From contig CAZWVJ010000001.1 in NCBI GenBank assembly GCA_964636865.1, forward strand, positions 54,687 through 118,686: a stretch of 64,000 bases of DNA, written 5' to 3'. The position numbers and the translations under genes are program-made. Below the pieces are notes generated by a model. That model was not told the origin of the DNA. It worked only from the letters and a program-made list of their open reading frames with translations, and ran no database searches. Origin of the DNA: an uncultured Syntrophomonadaceae bacterium (lineage in GTDB: Bacteria; Bacillota; Dethiobacteria; DTU022; PWGO01). Positions 23,229 through 34,606 of this stretch are shown piece after piece (position 1 is the stretch's first letter; each line of letters begins with the position of its first letter).

Positions 23229-23471
23229 ATTTTAATCCTGCTGTTGCCAAACCTTCAATGAAATAATTATAATTACAAAGGCAAGTAAATACTTAAAATT
23301 AAATGGGCAATAATACATGTTCATTTTATCAATTGTTTTGCCTTATTTTTGAGGGTTTTTAGAGTTATGTAATTTATATGTGAATTCCAGAGTTGGTGTC
23401 AACTACTCCCACTACTAAGGTGGGAGAATTCTTGCCTAAATTTTAGTTAAATAGAAAGGAAGACTACCATC

Positions 23472-25136
23472 ATGCGCAGCAATACTATAAAAAAAGGGGT
23501 AGAACGGGCGCCTCAGAGAGCTTTGCTAAATTCAATGGGTTATACAGGCCGGGAACTAAACCAACCTCTTGTTGCGGTAGTAAATTCAGCCAATGAAGTG
23601 GTTCCCGGCCATGTGCATTTATCGCAAATTGCTTCTGCTGTTAAATCGGGAATAAGGATTGCAGGCGGGACTCCAATGGAGTTTTCTACTATTGCTATTT
23701 GCGATGGTATTGCTATGAATCACAGCGGCATGCACTATTCACTGGCAAGCCGGGAACTAATAGCAGATAGTATTGAATCCATGGTGGAAGCTCATTGTTT
23801 TGATGCCATGGTACTCGTGACGAACTGTGATAAAATAACCCCCGGCATGCTTATGGCTGCTTTGAGAATAAATATACCCACAGTAATGATAAGTGGTGGG
23901 CCTATGCTTGCAGGAGAATTTCAAGGTAAAAAAGTGGATTTAAGCAGTACTTTTGTAGGGGTAGGGGCGGTTAAGTCCGGGGCTATGACTGCTGAAGAAT
24001 TAGTTGAATTAGAAAGTAAAGCATGTCCCGGTTGTGGCTCTTGTGCGGGAATGTTTACTGCTAACACCATGAACTGCCTTGCTGAAGTGATGGGGCTTGC
24101 CCTCCCGGGTAACGGCACAATTTTGGCAATAAGCGCTGAACGTGAGCGTCTCGCTAAAAACTCCGGTGTTAAAGTGATGGAAAACTTGGTGAAAGGAAGA
24201 TTGCCTCGACAAATTATTACGAAACAAGCTTTGAAAAATGCACTAATTGTTGATACAGCTTTGGGAGGATCAACAAACACTATTTTGCATTTAGCGGCAA
24301 TTGCCAACGAGGCGGGAATTGATTTTGAGCTGAACATGTTAAACGAAATTAGCACAAAAACCCCTCAACTTTGTGCTTTAAGCCCTGCCGGAGATTTTCG
24401 TATTGAAGACCTGGGTTGGGCCGGTGGAATTTCTACGGTGATGAAAGAGCTTGATAAATACGAGCTCATTGATGGTTCTGTTCCAGCAGTGGGTGGTGAG
24501 ACAATTGCTGACTATTATAATGATGCTCTGTCTCCAGATGGCCGCGTTATTCACCGTATAGATGAGCCGTATCGGGATACAGGCGGACTCTCCATCTTGT
24601 TTGGAAATCTGGCTCCACATGGAGCGATTGTAAAACAAGGTGCTGTAGTGGAGGAGATGCTTCAAATTGAAGGAATTGCTAAGGTCTTTAACAGTGAAGA
24701 AGAAGCTGTAAAAGCTATTTTGGAAAATCATATCAAGCCGGGCGATGTAGTAATTATAAGATATGAAGGGCCTAAGGGTGGCCCCGGGATGAGAGAAATG
24801 CTGGCTGCAACTTCTGCTCTGAGCGGTATGGGGTTAGATAAAGATGTATCTCTTATAACTGATGGCAGGTTTTCCGGGGCTACGAAGGGGGCAGCCATAG
24901 GACATGTTTCTCCGGAAGCTGCCGAAAAAGGGCCTATAGCAGTAGTAGAAAACGGAGATCTTATTAATATTGATATAATCAATCACAAATTAGAATTAAA
25001 GATATCCAAGGAGCAAATGGATGAACGATTTCGTAATCTTAAATTGCCCGTACCCAAAATAAATTACGGGTATTTAAAACGTTACAGTCGTATGGTCACT
25101 TCGGCAAGTAAAGGAGCTATATTGGAGGTTGAATAG
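23472..25136 (+). CDS. ilvD: dihydroxy-acid dehydratase
   Basis: 554 aa; Fe-S ligand Cys (CDKITPG, CPGCGSC), IlvD/EDD family. Confidence 0.9.
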   Translation: MRSNTIKKGVERAPQRALLNSMGYTGRELNQPLVAVVNSANEVVPGHVHLSQIASAVKSGIRIAGGTPMEFSTIAICDGIAMNHSGMHYSLASRELIADSIESMVEAHCFDAMVLVTNCDKITPGMLMAALRINIPTVMISGGPMLAGEFQGKKVDLSSTFVGVGAVKSGAMTAEELVELESKACPGCGSCAGMFTANTMNCLAEVMGLALPGNGTILAISAERERLAKNSGVKVMENLVKGRLPRQIITKQALKNALIVDTALGGSTNTILHLAAIANEAGIDFELNMLNEISTKTPQLCALSPAGDFRIEDLGWAGGISTVMKELDKYELIDGSVPAVGGETIADYYNDALSPDGRVIHRIDEPYRDTGGLSILFGNLAPHGAIVKQGAVVEEMLQIEGIAKVFNSEEEAVKAILENHIKPGDVVIIRYEGPKGGPGMREMLAATSALSGMGLDKDVSLITDGRFSGATKGAAIGHVSPEAAEKGPIAVVENGDLINIDIINHKLELKISKEQMDERFRNLKLPVPKINYGYLKRYSRMVTSASKGAILEVE

Positions 25137-25139
25137 TAG

Positions 25140-26828
25140 ATGAAAATGAAGGGTGCAGAAATGGTTATTTCAGCTTTGGAACGGGAAAACGCTACCACTG
25201 TTTTTGGTTATCCCGGCGGTGCCGTACTCCCGTTGTATGACAGTCTTTTTGATTCTTCTATACAGCATGTGTTGAGCAGGCATGAGCAAGGCGCAGTACA
25301 CGCTGCTGATGGCTATGCCAGAGCTAGTGGAAAACCGGGGGTTGTTTTTGCAACTTCCGGGCCGGGAGCAACTAACCTTGTAACCGGTATAGCGAATGCC
25401 TTTATGGATTCTGTTCCTCTGGTTTTGTTTACCGGTCAGGTAGGTACGGGTTCCATAGGCACTGATGCATTTCAGGAGGCAGATATAACCGGCATTACTA
25501 TGCCTATTACCAAGCATAATTATCTGGTTAAGAATGTAGAGGATCTTCCTTTGATCATAAAAGAGGCATTTCACATTGCATCCACCGGAAGATCCGGGCC
25601 GGTATTAATAGATATACCTAAAAATATACAGGACGAAGTGGGAGAATTTGATTATCCCGAAAAAGTTGATATTCAAGGTTATAAACCCACGCTGGAAGGA
25701 CATCCCGGACAGGTAAACAGAGCCGTGAAGCTAATATCAAAAGCAAAAAAACCTTTAATTATTGGTGGTGGAGGAGTTATTCGCTCCGAGGCCGGAAAGC
25801 ATTTGCTTGAACTGGCTGAAAAAGGGCAAATTCCGGTAACTTTGACTTTAATGGGTCTGGGAGCTATTCCCGGTGATCACCCATTATTTTTAGGGATGTT
25901 GGGAATGCACGGGACAAGAGCGGCTAATTATGCTGTCATGGAAGCTGATTTAATCATAGCCGTGGGAATGCGTTTTGATGATCGGGTAACCGGGCACCTG
26001 GATTCTTTTGCTTCAAAAGCTCAGGTTATTCATATGGATGTGGACCCCGCAGAAATCGGGAAAAATGTTGCTGTTGATATTCCCATTGTGGGAGATGTAG
26101 AAGTAGTATTAAAAAGAATGCTAAAATATTTCAAACCCGGCGATACGGAAGAATGGAAAGAAAAAACTCTTCAATGGAAAGAAAAAGAAATGAGTGATTA
26201 TCCATGTGATGATGCTTCAACGGGAGTTTTAAAAACTCCGGAGGTTATTAAAGCTATTTTTCAGCGAACTGCCCAATTAAAAACTATAATTGCAACTGAT
26301 GTGGGGCAGCACCAAATGTGGACGGCCCAGAATTATTGTTTTAATTATCCCAGAACTTTGATTTCTTCCGGTGGTTTGGGAACGATGGGATATGGGTTTC
26401 CGGCAGCCATCGGCGCCCAGGTAGCTGTACCTGATGCCACGGTTTTTTGCCTTTCAGGGGATGGTAGTTTCCAGATGAATATTCAGGAGTTAGCTACTGC
26501 CTCATATTACCGGGTTCCCGTTAAAATTGGCATTATAAATAATACTTACTTGGGGATGGTGCGCCAGTGGCAAGAGCTTTTCTTCCAAAAACGTTATTCC
26601 AGTACCTCTCTATCCGGTAATCCGGATTTCTGTAAGGTAGCTGAGGCCTATGGTGTTCCGGCTAGAAGTGTAGCTTCTGCCGAAGAAATCGAAGGAGCCA
26701 TTAATTGGGCTTTGGAAGAGGAAGGGCCGGTATTATTAGAATTTCAAGTGGAACCGGAAGGCAACGTATTTCCAATGGTTGCCCCCAATCGGCCTTTAAA
26801 TGAGATTATAGATGGGAGTGATAAATAA
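25140..26828 (+). CDS. ilvB: acetolactate synthase large subunit
   Basis: 562 aa ThDP enzyme; GDGSFQM ThDP-binding motif. Confidence 0.9.
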   Translation: MKMKGAEMVISALERENATTVFGYPGGAVLPLYDSLFDSSIQHVLSRHEQGAVHAADGYARASGKPGVVFATSGPGATNLVTGIANAFMDSVPLVLFTGQVGTGSIGTDAFQEADITGITMPITKHNYLVKNVEDLPLIIKEAFHIASTGRSGPVLIDIPKNIQDEVGEFDYPEKVDIQGYKPTLEGHPGQVNRAVKLISKAKKPLIIGGGGVIRSEAGKHLLELAEKGQIPVTLTLMGLGAIPGDHPLFLGMLGMHGTRAANYAVMEADLIIAVGMRFDDRVTGHLDSFASKAQVIHMDVDPAEIGKNVAVDIPIVGDVEVVLKRMLKYFKPGDTEEWKEKTLQWKEKEMSDYPCDDASTGVLKTPEVIKAIFQRTAQLKTIIATDVGQHQMWTAQNYCFNYPRTLISSGGLGTMGYGFPAAIGAQVAVPDATVFCLSGDGSFQMNIQELATASYYRVPVKIGIINNTYLGMVRQWQELFFQKRYSSTSLSGNPDFCKVAEAYGVPARSVASAEEIEGAINWALEEEGPVLLEFQVEPEGNVFPMVAPNRPLNEIIDGSDK

Positions 26829-27345
26829 ATTGAAGCACGTGCTGGCTGTTTTGGTAGAAAACAAACCCGGAGTCCTCGCCCGCATCTCTGGTTTGTTCAG
26901 TCGTCGGGGGTTTAACATTGACAGCCTTACGGTAGGAGAAACTCTTGATCCTCATATTTCACGGATGACTATTACCGTTACCGGAGATGCCTCCACTCTG
27001 GAGCAGGTAGTAAAGCAATTAAACAAGTTGATTAATGTGATCAAGATAAGCAATGTTACGGAAGACCCGGCAGTAGTAAGAGAGTTAATGTTAATAAAAG
27101 TTCAAGCTGATCCTCAAACCCGCAGTGATATCCAGCAAATTGTAGAGACCTTCCGCGGTAAAGTTGTGGACGTTTCCCTTGATTCTCTGGTTATTGAAAT
27201 TACCGGTGATGAAGAAAAGCTGGAAGCAATTAAGATTCTTTTGCAGCATTTTGGGATAAAGGAACTGGTGCGCACAGGCAAAGTAGCAATTTTAAGGGGA
27301 AGTAAAACTACACGGGAAAGCAATGGTGTTGTATCGGGAAAGTAA
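26812..27345 (+). CDS. ilvN: acetolactate synthase small (regulatory) subunit
   Basis: ACT domain LAVLVENKPGVLARISGLFSRRGFNI; the start is uncertain, either ATG 26812 overlapping ilvB or TTG 26830. Confidence 0.8.
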   Translation: MGVINKLKHVLAVLVENKPGVLARISGLFSRRGFNIDSLTVGETLDPHISRMTITVTGDASTLEQVVKQLNKLINVIKISNVTEDPAVVRELMLIKVQADPQTRSDIQQIVETFRGKVVDVSLDSLVIEITGDEEKLEAIKILLQHFGIKELVRTGKVAILRGSKTTRESNGVVSGK

Positions 27346-27414
27346 CAAATAATCATAGTTAATTTGAGTGGAAAGTATTATGAGGGGAAGACAGGTGATA
27401 TAGTGGGGCAGACG

Positions 27415-28671
27415 ATGGTAGAGAAAATTTTAGCTCGTGGTGCGGGAAAGGAAAAAGTTGAACCGGGTGAAATAGTAAATGCAAAAATAGATCTCTGTCT
27501 TGGTAATGACGTAACAACACCGGTAGCTATTAGGGAATTTCAGCGCATGGGTGCCAGAGCGGTTTATGATCCGGAACGGGTAGTGCTTGTTCCCGATCAT
27601 TTTACTCCCAATAAGGATATTGAATCAGCAAAGCAGTGCCAGCAAATGCGCAACTTTGTTATAGATAATAATATTTTTAACTATTTTGAAATAGGGCGTA
27701 TGGGTATAGAGCATGCTTTATTGCCGGAAAAAGGCTTGGTCTTGCCAGGTGAAATTATAATAGGAGCCGATTCACATACATGCACATATGGCGCCTTGGG
27801 AGCCTTTGCTACAGGGGTCGGCAGTACAGATTTGGCAGCGGCAATGGCCTTGGGAGAGGCATGGTTTAAGGTGCCCTCTACTCTTAAATTTATATATACA
27901 GGAGTACTTAATAAGTGGGTAGGGGGTAAGGATTTAGTTCTTTTCACTATTGGGCGGATAGGTGTGGATGGTGCACTTTATAGGGCCATGGAATTTAAAG
28001 GTGCACCCATAGAAGAATTAAATTTAGATGGCCGTTTAACTATGGCTAACATGGCTATAGAGGCAGGTGCCAAGTGTGGGTATATGGAACCGGATAGTAA
28101 GACAGTTGCCTATTTGGAGGGCAGAGCTGCCAGAAGTTTTGAGCCTGTTTATGGTGATGAAGAAGCAGTTTATGAAGAAACATTTGAGTTTGAAGTTAGC
28201 GATCTGGAGCCGCAGGTGGCTTTTCCTCATTCACCTTCTAATGTGAAACCTGTTAGTAAAGCCAAAGATATACATATTGATCAGGTGGTAATCGGTTCTT
28301 GTACTAATGGCAGGATAGAAGACATGAGAGAAGCAGCTTCCATTTTAAAGGAGCAAAAAGTTCATCCGGGCGTTCGTCTATTAATTATTCCGGCGACCCA
28401 GGAAGTTTATGCTCGGTCCCTAGAGGAAGGTTTAATGAACATATTTGTGGAAGCAGAAGCTGCTGTTAGCACTCCAACATGTGGGCCCTGTCTGGGTGGA
28501 CATATGGGCATATTGGCACCCGGGGAGAAAGCTCTTGCTACCACCAATCGAAACTTTGTAGGTAGGATGGGGCATCCGGAAAGTGAGGTATATTTAAGTA
28601 ACCCTGCCGTAGCTGCAGCATCAGCTATTACCGGTAAAATAACTCATCCTGAGGAGGTGGCTTCACCATGA
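27415..28671 (+). CDS. leuC: 3-isopropylmalate dehydratase large subunit
   Basis: Aconitase-family Cys ligands; ATG 27415 (MVEKILA...) after a GGGG RBS; the track ORF starts at TTG 27364. Confidence 0.85.
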   Translation: MVEKILARGAGKEKVEPGEIVNAKIDLCLGNDVTTPVAIREFQRMGARAVYDPERVVLVPDHFTPNKDIESAKQCQQMRNFVIDNNIFNYFEIGRMGIEHALLPEKGLVLPGEIIIGADSHTCTYGALGAFATGVGSTDLAAAMALGEAWFKVPSTLKFIYTGVLNKWVGGKDLVLFTIGRIGVDGALYRAMEFKGAPIEELNLDGRLTMANMAIEAGAKCGYMEPDSKTVAYLEGRAARSFEPVYGDEEAVYEETFEFEVSDLEPQVAFPHSPSNVKPVSKAKDIHIDQVVIGSCTNGRIEDMREAASILKEQKVHPGVRLLIIPATQEVYARSLEEGLMNIFVEAEAAVSTPTCGPCLGGHMGILAPGEKALATTNRNFVGRMGHPESEVYLSNPAVAAASAITGKITHPEEVASP

Positions 28672-29168
28672 TAAGAGAAGGAAAGTCCTGGATTTTAGGA
28701 GATGATGTAGATACAGACGTTATTATACCGGCTAGGTATTTAAATATTTCTGACTCCCAACATTTGGCCCAACATTGTTTAGAAGATATAGATCAAAATT
28801 TTGCCTCAAATGTGGCAGAAGGAGACATAATTGTTGCGGGCCGGAATTTTGGGTGTGGTAGTTCGCGTGAACACGCACCTCTGGCCTTGAAAGCTACGGG
28901 CATTAGTGGGATTGTAGCTGTTAGCTTTGCCCGGATATTTTTCCGTAATGCTTTGAATATAGGCTTACCCATTTGGGAATGTCCGGAACTGGTAGCGGAA
29001 GTTGAAGCCGGTGAAAGAGTCAGGGTTAATATCGAAGAAGGCAAATTTAACCTTTTAGACAAAGGAATTACTTTTACAGCCCAGCCATTTCCACCCTTTA
29101 TGCAGCAGTTAATAAAAGAAGGTGGTTTGGTGAATTATGTGCGTAGTAAACTTAAAGAAGTTAATTAA
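28668..29168 (+). CDS. leuD: 3-isopropylmalate dehydratase small subunit
   Basis: 166 aa aconitase swivel domain; overlaps the leuC stop. Confidence 0.85.
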   Translation: MIREGKSWILGDDVDTDVIIPARYLNISDSQHLAQHCLEDIDQNFASNVAEGDIIVAGRNFGCGSSREHAPLALKATGISGIVAVSFARIFFRNALNIGLPIWECPELVAEVEAGERVRVNIEEGKFNLLDKGITFTAQPFPPFMQQLIKEGGLVNYVRSKLKEVN

Positions 29169-29190
29169 ATAATTACAAGGAGGTTTTGTA

Positions 29191-31281
29191 ATGTCTAAGT
29201 ACACCCCAAGTCAAATTAGAAATGTGGCTCTTGCTTCACATAGCGGTGCAGGGAAAACTACATTAACGGAAGCTATGTTGTTTACTGCCAAGATTATAAA
29301 CCGCTTGGGCAAGGTAGAAGCAGGGAGCACAGTTTGTGATTACGATGAAGAAGAAGTAAAAAAACAGATTACCATTAATACTGTGCCTGCTCCTTTGGAG
29401 TGGGAAAACAATAAAATTAACTTGCTTGATACTCCCGGATATTTTGATTTTGTAGGTGAGGTTATTAGCGCTTTAAGTGCAGTTGATTCAGCACTGATAG
29501 TAGTGTGTGCCGTTAACGGCGTTGAAGTAGGCACCGAACAAATGTGGGAACATGCCGATAACTATAATTTACCGCGTATGATTTATATAAATAAATTAGA
29601 GCGGGAAAATGCTAATTTTTATAAGGTAGTTGATCAGTTAAAAAACAAATTCGGTAACAAAGTAATGCCTTTGATAATCCCCTGGGGGGAAGAAGCTGAT
29701 TTTAAAGGTATAATTGACCTTGTTAATCATAAAGCTATTTCTTTTGAACCCGGTGAGAGTAGAGAATGGAAGGAAGAAGCAATACCTGAAGAATATAAAG
29801 AACGAGTAGCTGAATACAGGGATAAAATGGTGGAAGTAGTTGCTGAAGCTGATGATGATCTGTTGATGAAGTACCTGGAAGGAGAGGAGTTAACGGATGA
29901 AGAAATAGATACCGGCTTACGCCAGGGTATTATAGATAATAAAATCGTTCCTGTTTTTGGCGGTTCAGCCAATCAGTGTATGGGGATAGAGACTTTATTA
30001 AATGTTATTAATACCTATCTTCCTTCTCCTGAAGATAGAGGTGCAGTCACGGGGGAGTTGCCTGGAAAAGGAGAGGAGGTGACTCGTGAGCCTTCTACCG
30101 AGGAACCTTTTTCTGCTCTGGTGTTTAAGACTCTAGCTGATCCATATGTAGGAAGAATTAACTATTTTAGATGTTTTTCGGGAGTCTTAAAGTCAGATTC
30201 TCAAGTACTAAATTCTACTAAAGATAAAACGGAAAGAATAGCTCAGGTTTTTTATATGCGGGGTAAGACTCAATTAACAGCAAATGAAATTATAGCCGGC
30301 GACATAGGATCTGTAGCCAAGTTGCAGGAAACTTCTACCGGCGATACTTTGTGTGACCGTAATAAGCCGGTTAAGTACGAAAGCATTGATTTTCCAAATC
30401 CAGGGATTTCTTTTGCAGTTGAAGCTAAAACCAAAGGTGATGAAGATAAAGTGGCCACCGGGCTTGCTCGTATTCTCGATGAAGATCCTACTTTTAGAAT
30501 GGAAAGAAAGAAAGAAACCAAGGAGACTATAATTTCCGGAATGGGTGAAATGCAGCTGGAAAATATAGTCAATAAGCTTTCTCATAAATTTGGAGTAGAA
30601 GTAACATTGTCCACTCCGAAGGTACCCTATAGGGAGACTATTCGTGGTAGAGCTCGTGTTGAAGGAAAGCATAAAAAACAAAGTGGCGGCAGAGGTCAGT
30701 ACGGGCATGTAATCATAGAAATGGAAGGCTTGGAAGAAGAAGGCGATTTGCAATTTGAAGATAAAATTTTTGGAGGAGTGGTCCCTAAACAATATGTGCC
30801 CGGGGTGGAAAAAGGTATTAGAGAAACCATGGAAGAAGGAGTGCTGGCTGGTTACCCGGTGGTAGGAGTAAAAGTAGCTCTTGTTGATGGATCACACCAT
30901 TCCGTGGATTCTTCAGAAATGGCATTTAAGGTTGCCGGTTCCATGGCTTTTAAAAAAGGTTTTACGCAGGCTGATCCTATCCTTTTGGAACCAATTATGG
31001 ACGTGGAAGTAAATGTTCCGGAAGAATACATGGGCGATATTATGGGAGACATAAATAGTAGAAGAGGTCGTATCCAGGGCATGGAACCGGCAGACGGCAT
31101 GCAAACAATTAAGGCCTGGGTGCCAATGGCTGAAATGTTTCGTTATGCCATCGACTTGCGTTCCATGACCCAGGGAAGAGGAAACTTTTCCATGGAGTTT
31201 TCTCATTATGAAGAGGTTCCCTCCCATGTTTCGGAAAAAATAATAGAAAGTGCTCAAGAAGAAAAAGGGAAAGAAGAATAA
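29191..31281 (+). CDS. elongation factor G paralogue (EF-G-like GTPase with degenerate G motifs)
   Basis: 696 aa with the EF-G five-domain pattern. G1 is AHSGAGKTT. G3 is DTPGYFDF, where canonical EF-G has DTPGH. G4 is NKLE, where canonical is NKMD. Lies 22 bp after leuD. Confidence 0.8.
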   Translation: MSKYTPSQIRNVALASHSGAGKTTLTEAMLFTAKIINRLGKVEAGSTVCDYDEEEVKKQITINTVPAPLEWENNKINLLDTPGYFDFVGEVISALSAVDSALIVVCAVNGVEVGTEQMWEHADNYNLPRMIYINKLERENANFYKVVDQLKNKFGNKVMPLIIPWGEEADFKGIIDLVNHKAISFEPGESREWKEEAIPEEYKERVAEYRDKMVEVVAEADDDLLMKYLEGEELTDEEIDTGLRQGIIDNKIVPVFGGSANQCMGIETLLNVINTYLPSPEDRGAVTGELPGKGEEVTREPSTEEPFSALVFKTLADPYVGRINYFRCFSGVLKSDSQVLNSTKDKTERIAQVFYMRGKTQLTANEIIAGDIGSVAKLQETSTGDTLCDRNKPVKYESIDFPNPGISFAVEAKTKGDEDKVATGLARILDEDPTFRMERKKETKETIISGMGEMQLENIVNKLSHKFGVEVTLSTPKVPYRETIRGRARVEGKHKKQSGGRGQYGHVIIEMEGLEEEGDLQFEDKIFGGVVPKQYVPGVEKGIRETMEEGVLAGYPVVGVKVALVDGSHHSVDSSEMAFKVAGSMAFKKGFTQADPILLEPIMDVEVNVPEEYMGDIMGDINSRRGRIQGMEPADGMQTIKAWVPMAEMFRYAIDLRSMTQGRGNFSMEFSHYEEVPSHVSEKIIESAQEEKGKEE

Positions 31282-31340
31282 TGTAAATAGTGTTCTAATA
31301 AAAAAGCATTTATTTTATTAGGATAATGGAGGTATTTGGG

Positions 31341-32459
31341 TTGAGCAAAAACAAAATAGCTGTCATTTTTGGGGGCCAATCCGGTGAACACTTGATTTCA
31401 TTGCGCTCAGCAGCTTCAATAATAAACTCGTTGGATGAAAATAAATATGAAGTTTTCCCTGTAGGGATAACTCGAGATGGAACTTGGATTGTAGGTGAAA
31501 ATGTGTGGAAAACTTTGTGGGAAGGAAATGACAGCAATAACTGTTATAAGACTACCCTCGTCACTAATCCCCAGGAGCCCGGTTTTTTAATATGGGAAGA
31601 ACGGAATGGGGAAAAAACGAATTTTTCATGGAAGAACATAGACATTGTTTTTCCTGTACTACACGGACCTCTGGGAGAAGATGGGACCTTACAGGGATTG
31701 TTGGAAATGGCAGGCCTCCCTTATGTGGGAGCAGGAGTGCTGTCTTCATCAGTAGGCATGGACAAAATCTTAATGAAGGGGATATTTAAACAAGCCGGAA
31801 TTCCTGTATGTGAATATTTGCACTTCAGGGTGGACAATTGGCAAAAAGACAAAATGTACTGGATTGATAAAGTAAAGAATTCTATAGGCTTTCCTTGTTT
31901 TGTGAAACCATCAAACTTAGGGTCCAGTGTAGGTATAACTAAAGCTTATGATAAAGATCAGTTTGTCATGGGAGTTGAAGAAGCTCTCCGTTATGATGAA
32001 AGGATACTTATAGAACCTTTTGTATCAGGACAAGAAATAGAGTGCAGTCTTTTGGGGGACTTGGAAGTAAAAGCTTCACTGCCGGGCGAAATAGTCCCCA
32101 GTAGAGATTTTTATGACTATCATGCCAAATATATTGATGATAAGTCAGAATTGGTTATTCCTGCTAAGCTTGAAGAATCCCTAGTTGAAGAAATACAAAA
32201 TTTATCGATTAGAGCATTTAAAGCTATTAATGGAAGTGGAATGGCCAGGGTGGACTTTTTTGTGGACACAAAAAAGGAAGAAATTGTCCTGAATGAAATT
32301 AATACCATACCCGGTTTTACAAGTATAAGCATGTACTCTAAACTTTGGGAGGCTAGCGGCATTCCATATAAGAGGCTATTGGAAGAACTAATTCAAATTT
32401 CTTTTAATAAGTTCGCGCGCCGTCAAAAACTCTATAATTCACCGCCGGCGTGGGCTTAG
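31341..32459 (+). CDS. ddl: D-alanine--D-alanine ligase
   Basis: ATP-grasp; N-terminal IAVIFGGQSGEH; TTG 31341 is 7 nt after GGAGGT (track ORF starts at ATG 31326 inside the RBS). Confidence 0.85.
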   Translation: MSKNKIAVIFGGQSGEHLISLRSAASIINSLDENKYEVFPVGITRDGTWIVGENVWKTLWEGNDSNNCYKTTLVTNPQEPGFLIWEERNGEKTNFSWKNIDIVFPVLHGPLGEDGTLQGLLEMAGLPYVGAGVLSSSVGMDKILMKGIFKQAGIPVCEYLHFRVDNWQKDKMYWIDKVKNSIGFPCFVKPSNLGSSVGITKAYDKDQFVMGVEEALRYDERILIEPFVSGQEIECSLLGDLEVKASLPGEIVPSRDFYDYHAKYIDDKSELVIPAKLEESLVEEIQNLSIRAFKAINGSGMARVDFFVDTKKEEIVLNEINTIPGFTSISMYSKLWEASGIPYKRLLEELIQISFNKFARRQKLYNSPPAWA

Positions 32460-32515
32460 GCTTATATGAGAAAAAGTTACTAAATACAAAAAAGCTATGA
32501 GGAGGGGTTATTTAA

Positions 32516-33667
32516 ATGGAAAAAGAATATTTAATGATTCCGGGTCCCACACCCATACCGCATGAGATTTCTCAATCTATGAGCAGCAGCATAATCAATC
32601 ATAGGGGGCCTAAATTTAAAGATTTGCTTGAAGAAGTTACCTCAAACTTAAAAAAAGTTTTTGAAACTGAGAACGAAATGTTTGTGCTAACTGCTTCCGG
32701 TACAGGAGCCATGGAAGCTGGCGTGGTAAATTTTATATCCCCGGGAGAGCGGGTGTTGGCATTATCTAACGGCGCTTTTGGCGAGCGCTTGGAAAAAATA
32801 GCGCGCACATACGGGGTAGAAATTGAAAGCATAAGTTCAGAGTGGGGGGAGCCTTTTAATTACGAAGAAATAGAAGAAAAGTTAGCAAATGACAAATCTC
32901 ATGAAATAAAAGCAATTTTAGTGGTTCATAATGAATCTTCAACCGGTTTAATGAACGATATAGAAAAAATTAGTAAACTTCGCAAAGGTCATCCTGCTTT
33001 ATTAATTGTAGACACAATAAGTTCAATGGGGGCTGTTCATTTGCCGGTAGATGAATGGCAGATAGATGTTTGCCTTACCGGGTCTCAAAAAGCCCTTTAT
33101 CTACCTCCCGGGCTTTCATTCATAAGTGTTAATTCCCGGGCAATGGAGGCTATGGATAATTGCAGCATGGGAGCTTTTTATTTTAGCTTAAAAAAAGCCA
33201 AAGAATTTTTGGAAAAAGGGCAAACTCCTTTTACTCCTGCAATCCCCCAGGTAATGGCTTTAAAAGATTCCTTAAACATGCTTTTACAAGCCGGGAAGCA
33301 ATATAACTTTGAACGGCATTATCGGATGATGCAGGCTACCAGGAATGCTGTAGAAGCCATAGGACTCGAGTTATTTGTAAAGGATCTTAAACACGCTTCT
33401 CGGACGGTTACTGCGGTGAAAAAACCTCCAGAAATAGAGGTAAGCAAATTACGTGCCATGATGCGTGATAAATATGGCGTGGAAATAGCTGGAGGTCAGG
33501 CTAAACTTTCTCAGGATATTTTCCGCATCGGCCATTTGGGCGCAATTACCGAAATGGACGTTATCACAGCTATTTCAGCTTTGGAAATGAGCCTTTTAGA
33601 ATTAGGATATGATTTAAAACTAGGCACGGCGGTAAGCAAAGCGCAAGAAATAATTATGCAAAAATAA
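32516..33667 (+). CDS. class V aminotransferase (serine-pyruvate / alanine-glyoxylate type)
   Basis: 383 aa; N-terminal MIPGPTP; PLP-lysine region TGSQKAL; strong GAGGAGGGG RBS. Confidence 0.75.
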   Translation: MEKEYLMIPGPTPIPHEISQSMSSSIINHRGPKFKDLLEEVTSNLKKVFETENEMFVLTASGTGAMEAGVVNFISPGERVLALSNGAFGERLEKIARTYGVEIESISSEWGEPFNYEEIEEKLANDKSHEIKAILVVHNESSTGLMNDIEKISKLRKGHPALLIVDTISSMGAVHLPVDEWQIDVCLTGSQKALYLPPGLSFISVNSRAMEAMDNCSMGAFYFSLKKAKEFLEKGQTPFTPAIPQVMALKDSLNMLLQAGKQYNFERHYRMMQATRNAVEAIGLELFVKDLKHASRTVTAVKKPPEIEVSKLRAMMRDKYGVEIAGGQAKLSQDIFRIGHLGAITEMDVITAISALEMSLLELGYDLKLGTAVSKAQEIIMQK

Positions 33668-33934
33668 GATAAAAGATTGCAGAAATAGAAGAAAGAATAT
33701 GGAAGAAAAAAAGAAAAAATGGGCTCTGCGGGGCTCATTTTTTATGATGCCACTGCATTAAAAAACAAAATATTTTTGTTTTTTAAAACAGACATTTTAA
33801 AGGAATTAATAAAGTATTTGTTGAATATAAAATTTAAAATAATAACTAATTTTTAATCTTTTATCATCGAATTTTATAGTTAATATTATTCGCCCTAGTT
33901 ACAACTTTACACCTATGATAAGTTAGGTGATTTA

Positions 33935-34606
33935 ATGAAACGTTTTGAACAGAAAGATCTTTTTAGTATTTTTACAGATAATAAAAATGATGATACCAAT
34001 AATCAAATTAACCCTTCGCTTGAACTTTCTTTTGATAAATTGAAAGAAAAATGCACGGCATGCAATAAGTGTGAATTACGAAAGGGTTGCAAACAGGTAG
34101 TATTTGGTGATGGTAGTCCAGAAGCTTTAATTATGCTGGTAGGGGAGGCGCCGGGATCCGATGAAGATAATCAAGGCATCCCTTTCGTAGGAAGTGCCGG
34201 TCAATTATTAAACCGTATTTTATCAGCGGTTAATATAAAGAGAGAAGAAGTATACATTACCAATATTGTAAAATGCCGCCCTCCAAGAAACCGTTTGCCA
34301 ACAAATGAAGAAATAAATCACTGTTTGCCTTATCTAAAGAAACAGATAGAAATTATTAATCCGGATATTATTGTATGTTTAGGATCGCTGTCAACGCGCA
34401 CGCTCATTGATAAAAATGCCAGGATAACAAAAGTAAGGGGTAATTGGTATCACATCCATTCAAAACTATATATACCCACATTTCATCCCGCAGCTCTATT
34501 AAGGGATGTGCATAAAAAACGCCCGGTGTGGGAAGATTTTCAATCAATATCAGAGGAGTACGGTAATTTATTATCAAAGAGCAAAGAGAGGGAATTTTAT
34601 GAGTAA
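33935..34606 (+). CDS. uracil-DNA glycosylase, family 4
   Basis: GEAPG motif, Fe-S Cys ligands, HPAALLR motif near the C-terminus. Confidence 0.8.
   Translation: MKRFEQKDLFSIFTDNKNDDTNNQINPSLELSFDKLKEKCTACNKCELRKGCKQVVFGDGSPEALIMLVGEAPGSDEDNQGIPFVGSAGQLLNRILSAVNIKREEVYITNIVKCRPPRNRLPTNEEINHCLPYLKKQIEIINPDIIVCLGSLSTRTLIDKNARITKVRGNWYHIHSKLYIPTFHPAALLRDVHKKRPVWEDFQSISEEYGNLLSKSKEREFYE

Noticed and set aside
23229-23471. Possible T-box riboswitch upstream of ilvD
   Set aside because: The T-box consensus AGGGTGGNACCGCG was looked for and not found; only a loose partial match and an ordinary hairpin are present, so it is left unassigned
33700-33760. Apparent hairpin AATGGGCTCTGCGGGGCTCATTTTTT after the aminotransferase gene
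   Set aside because: On checking, GGGCTC...GGGCTC is a direct repeat, not an inverted one, so it forms no stem and is not a terminator
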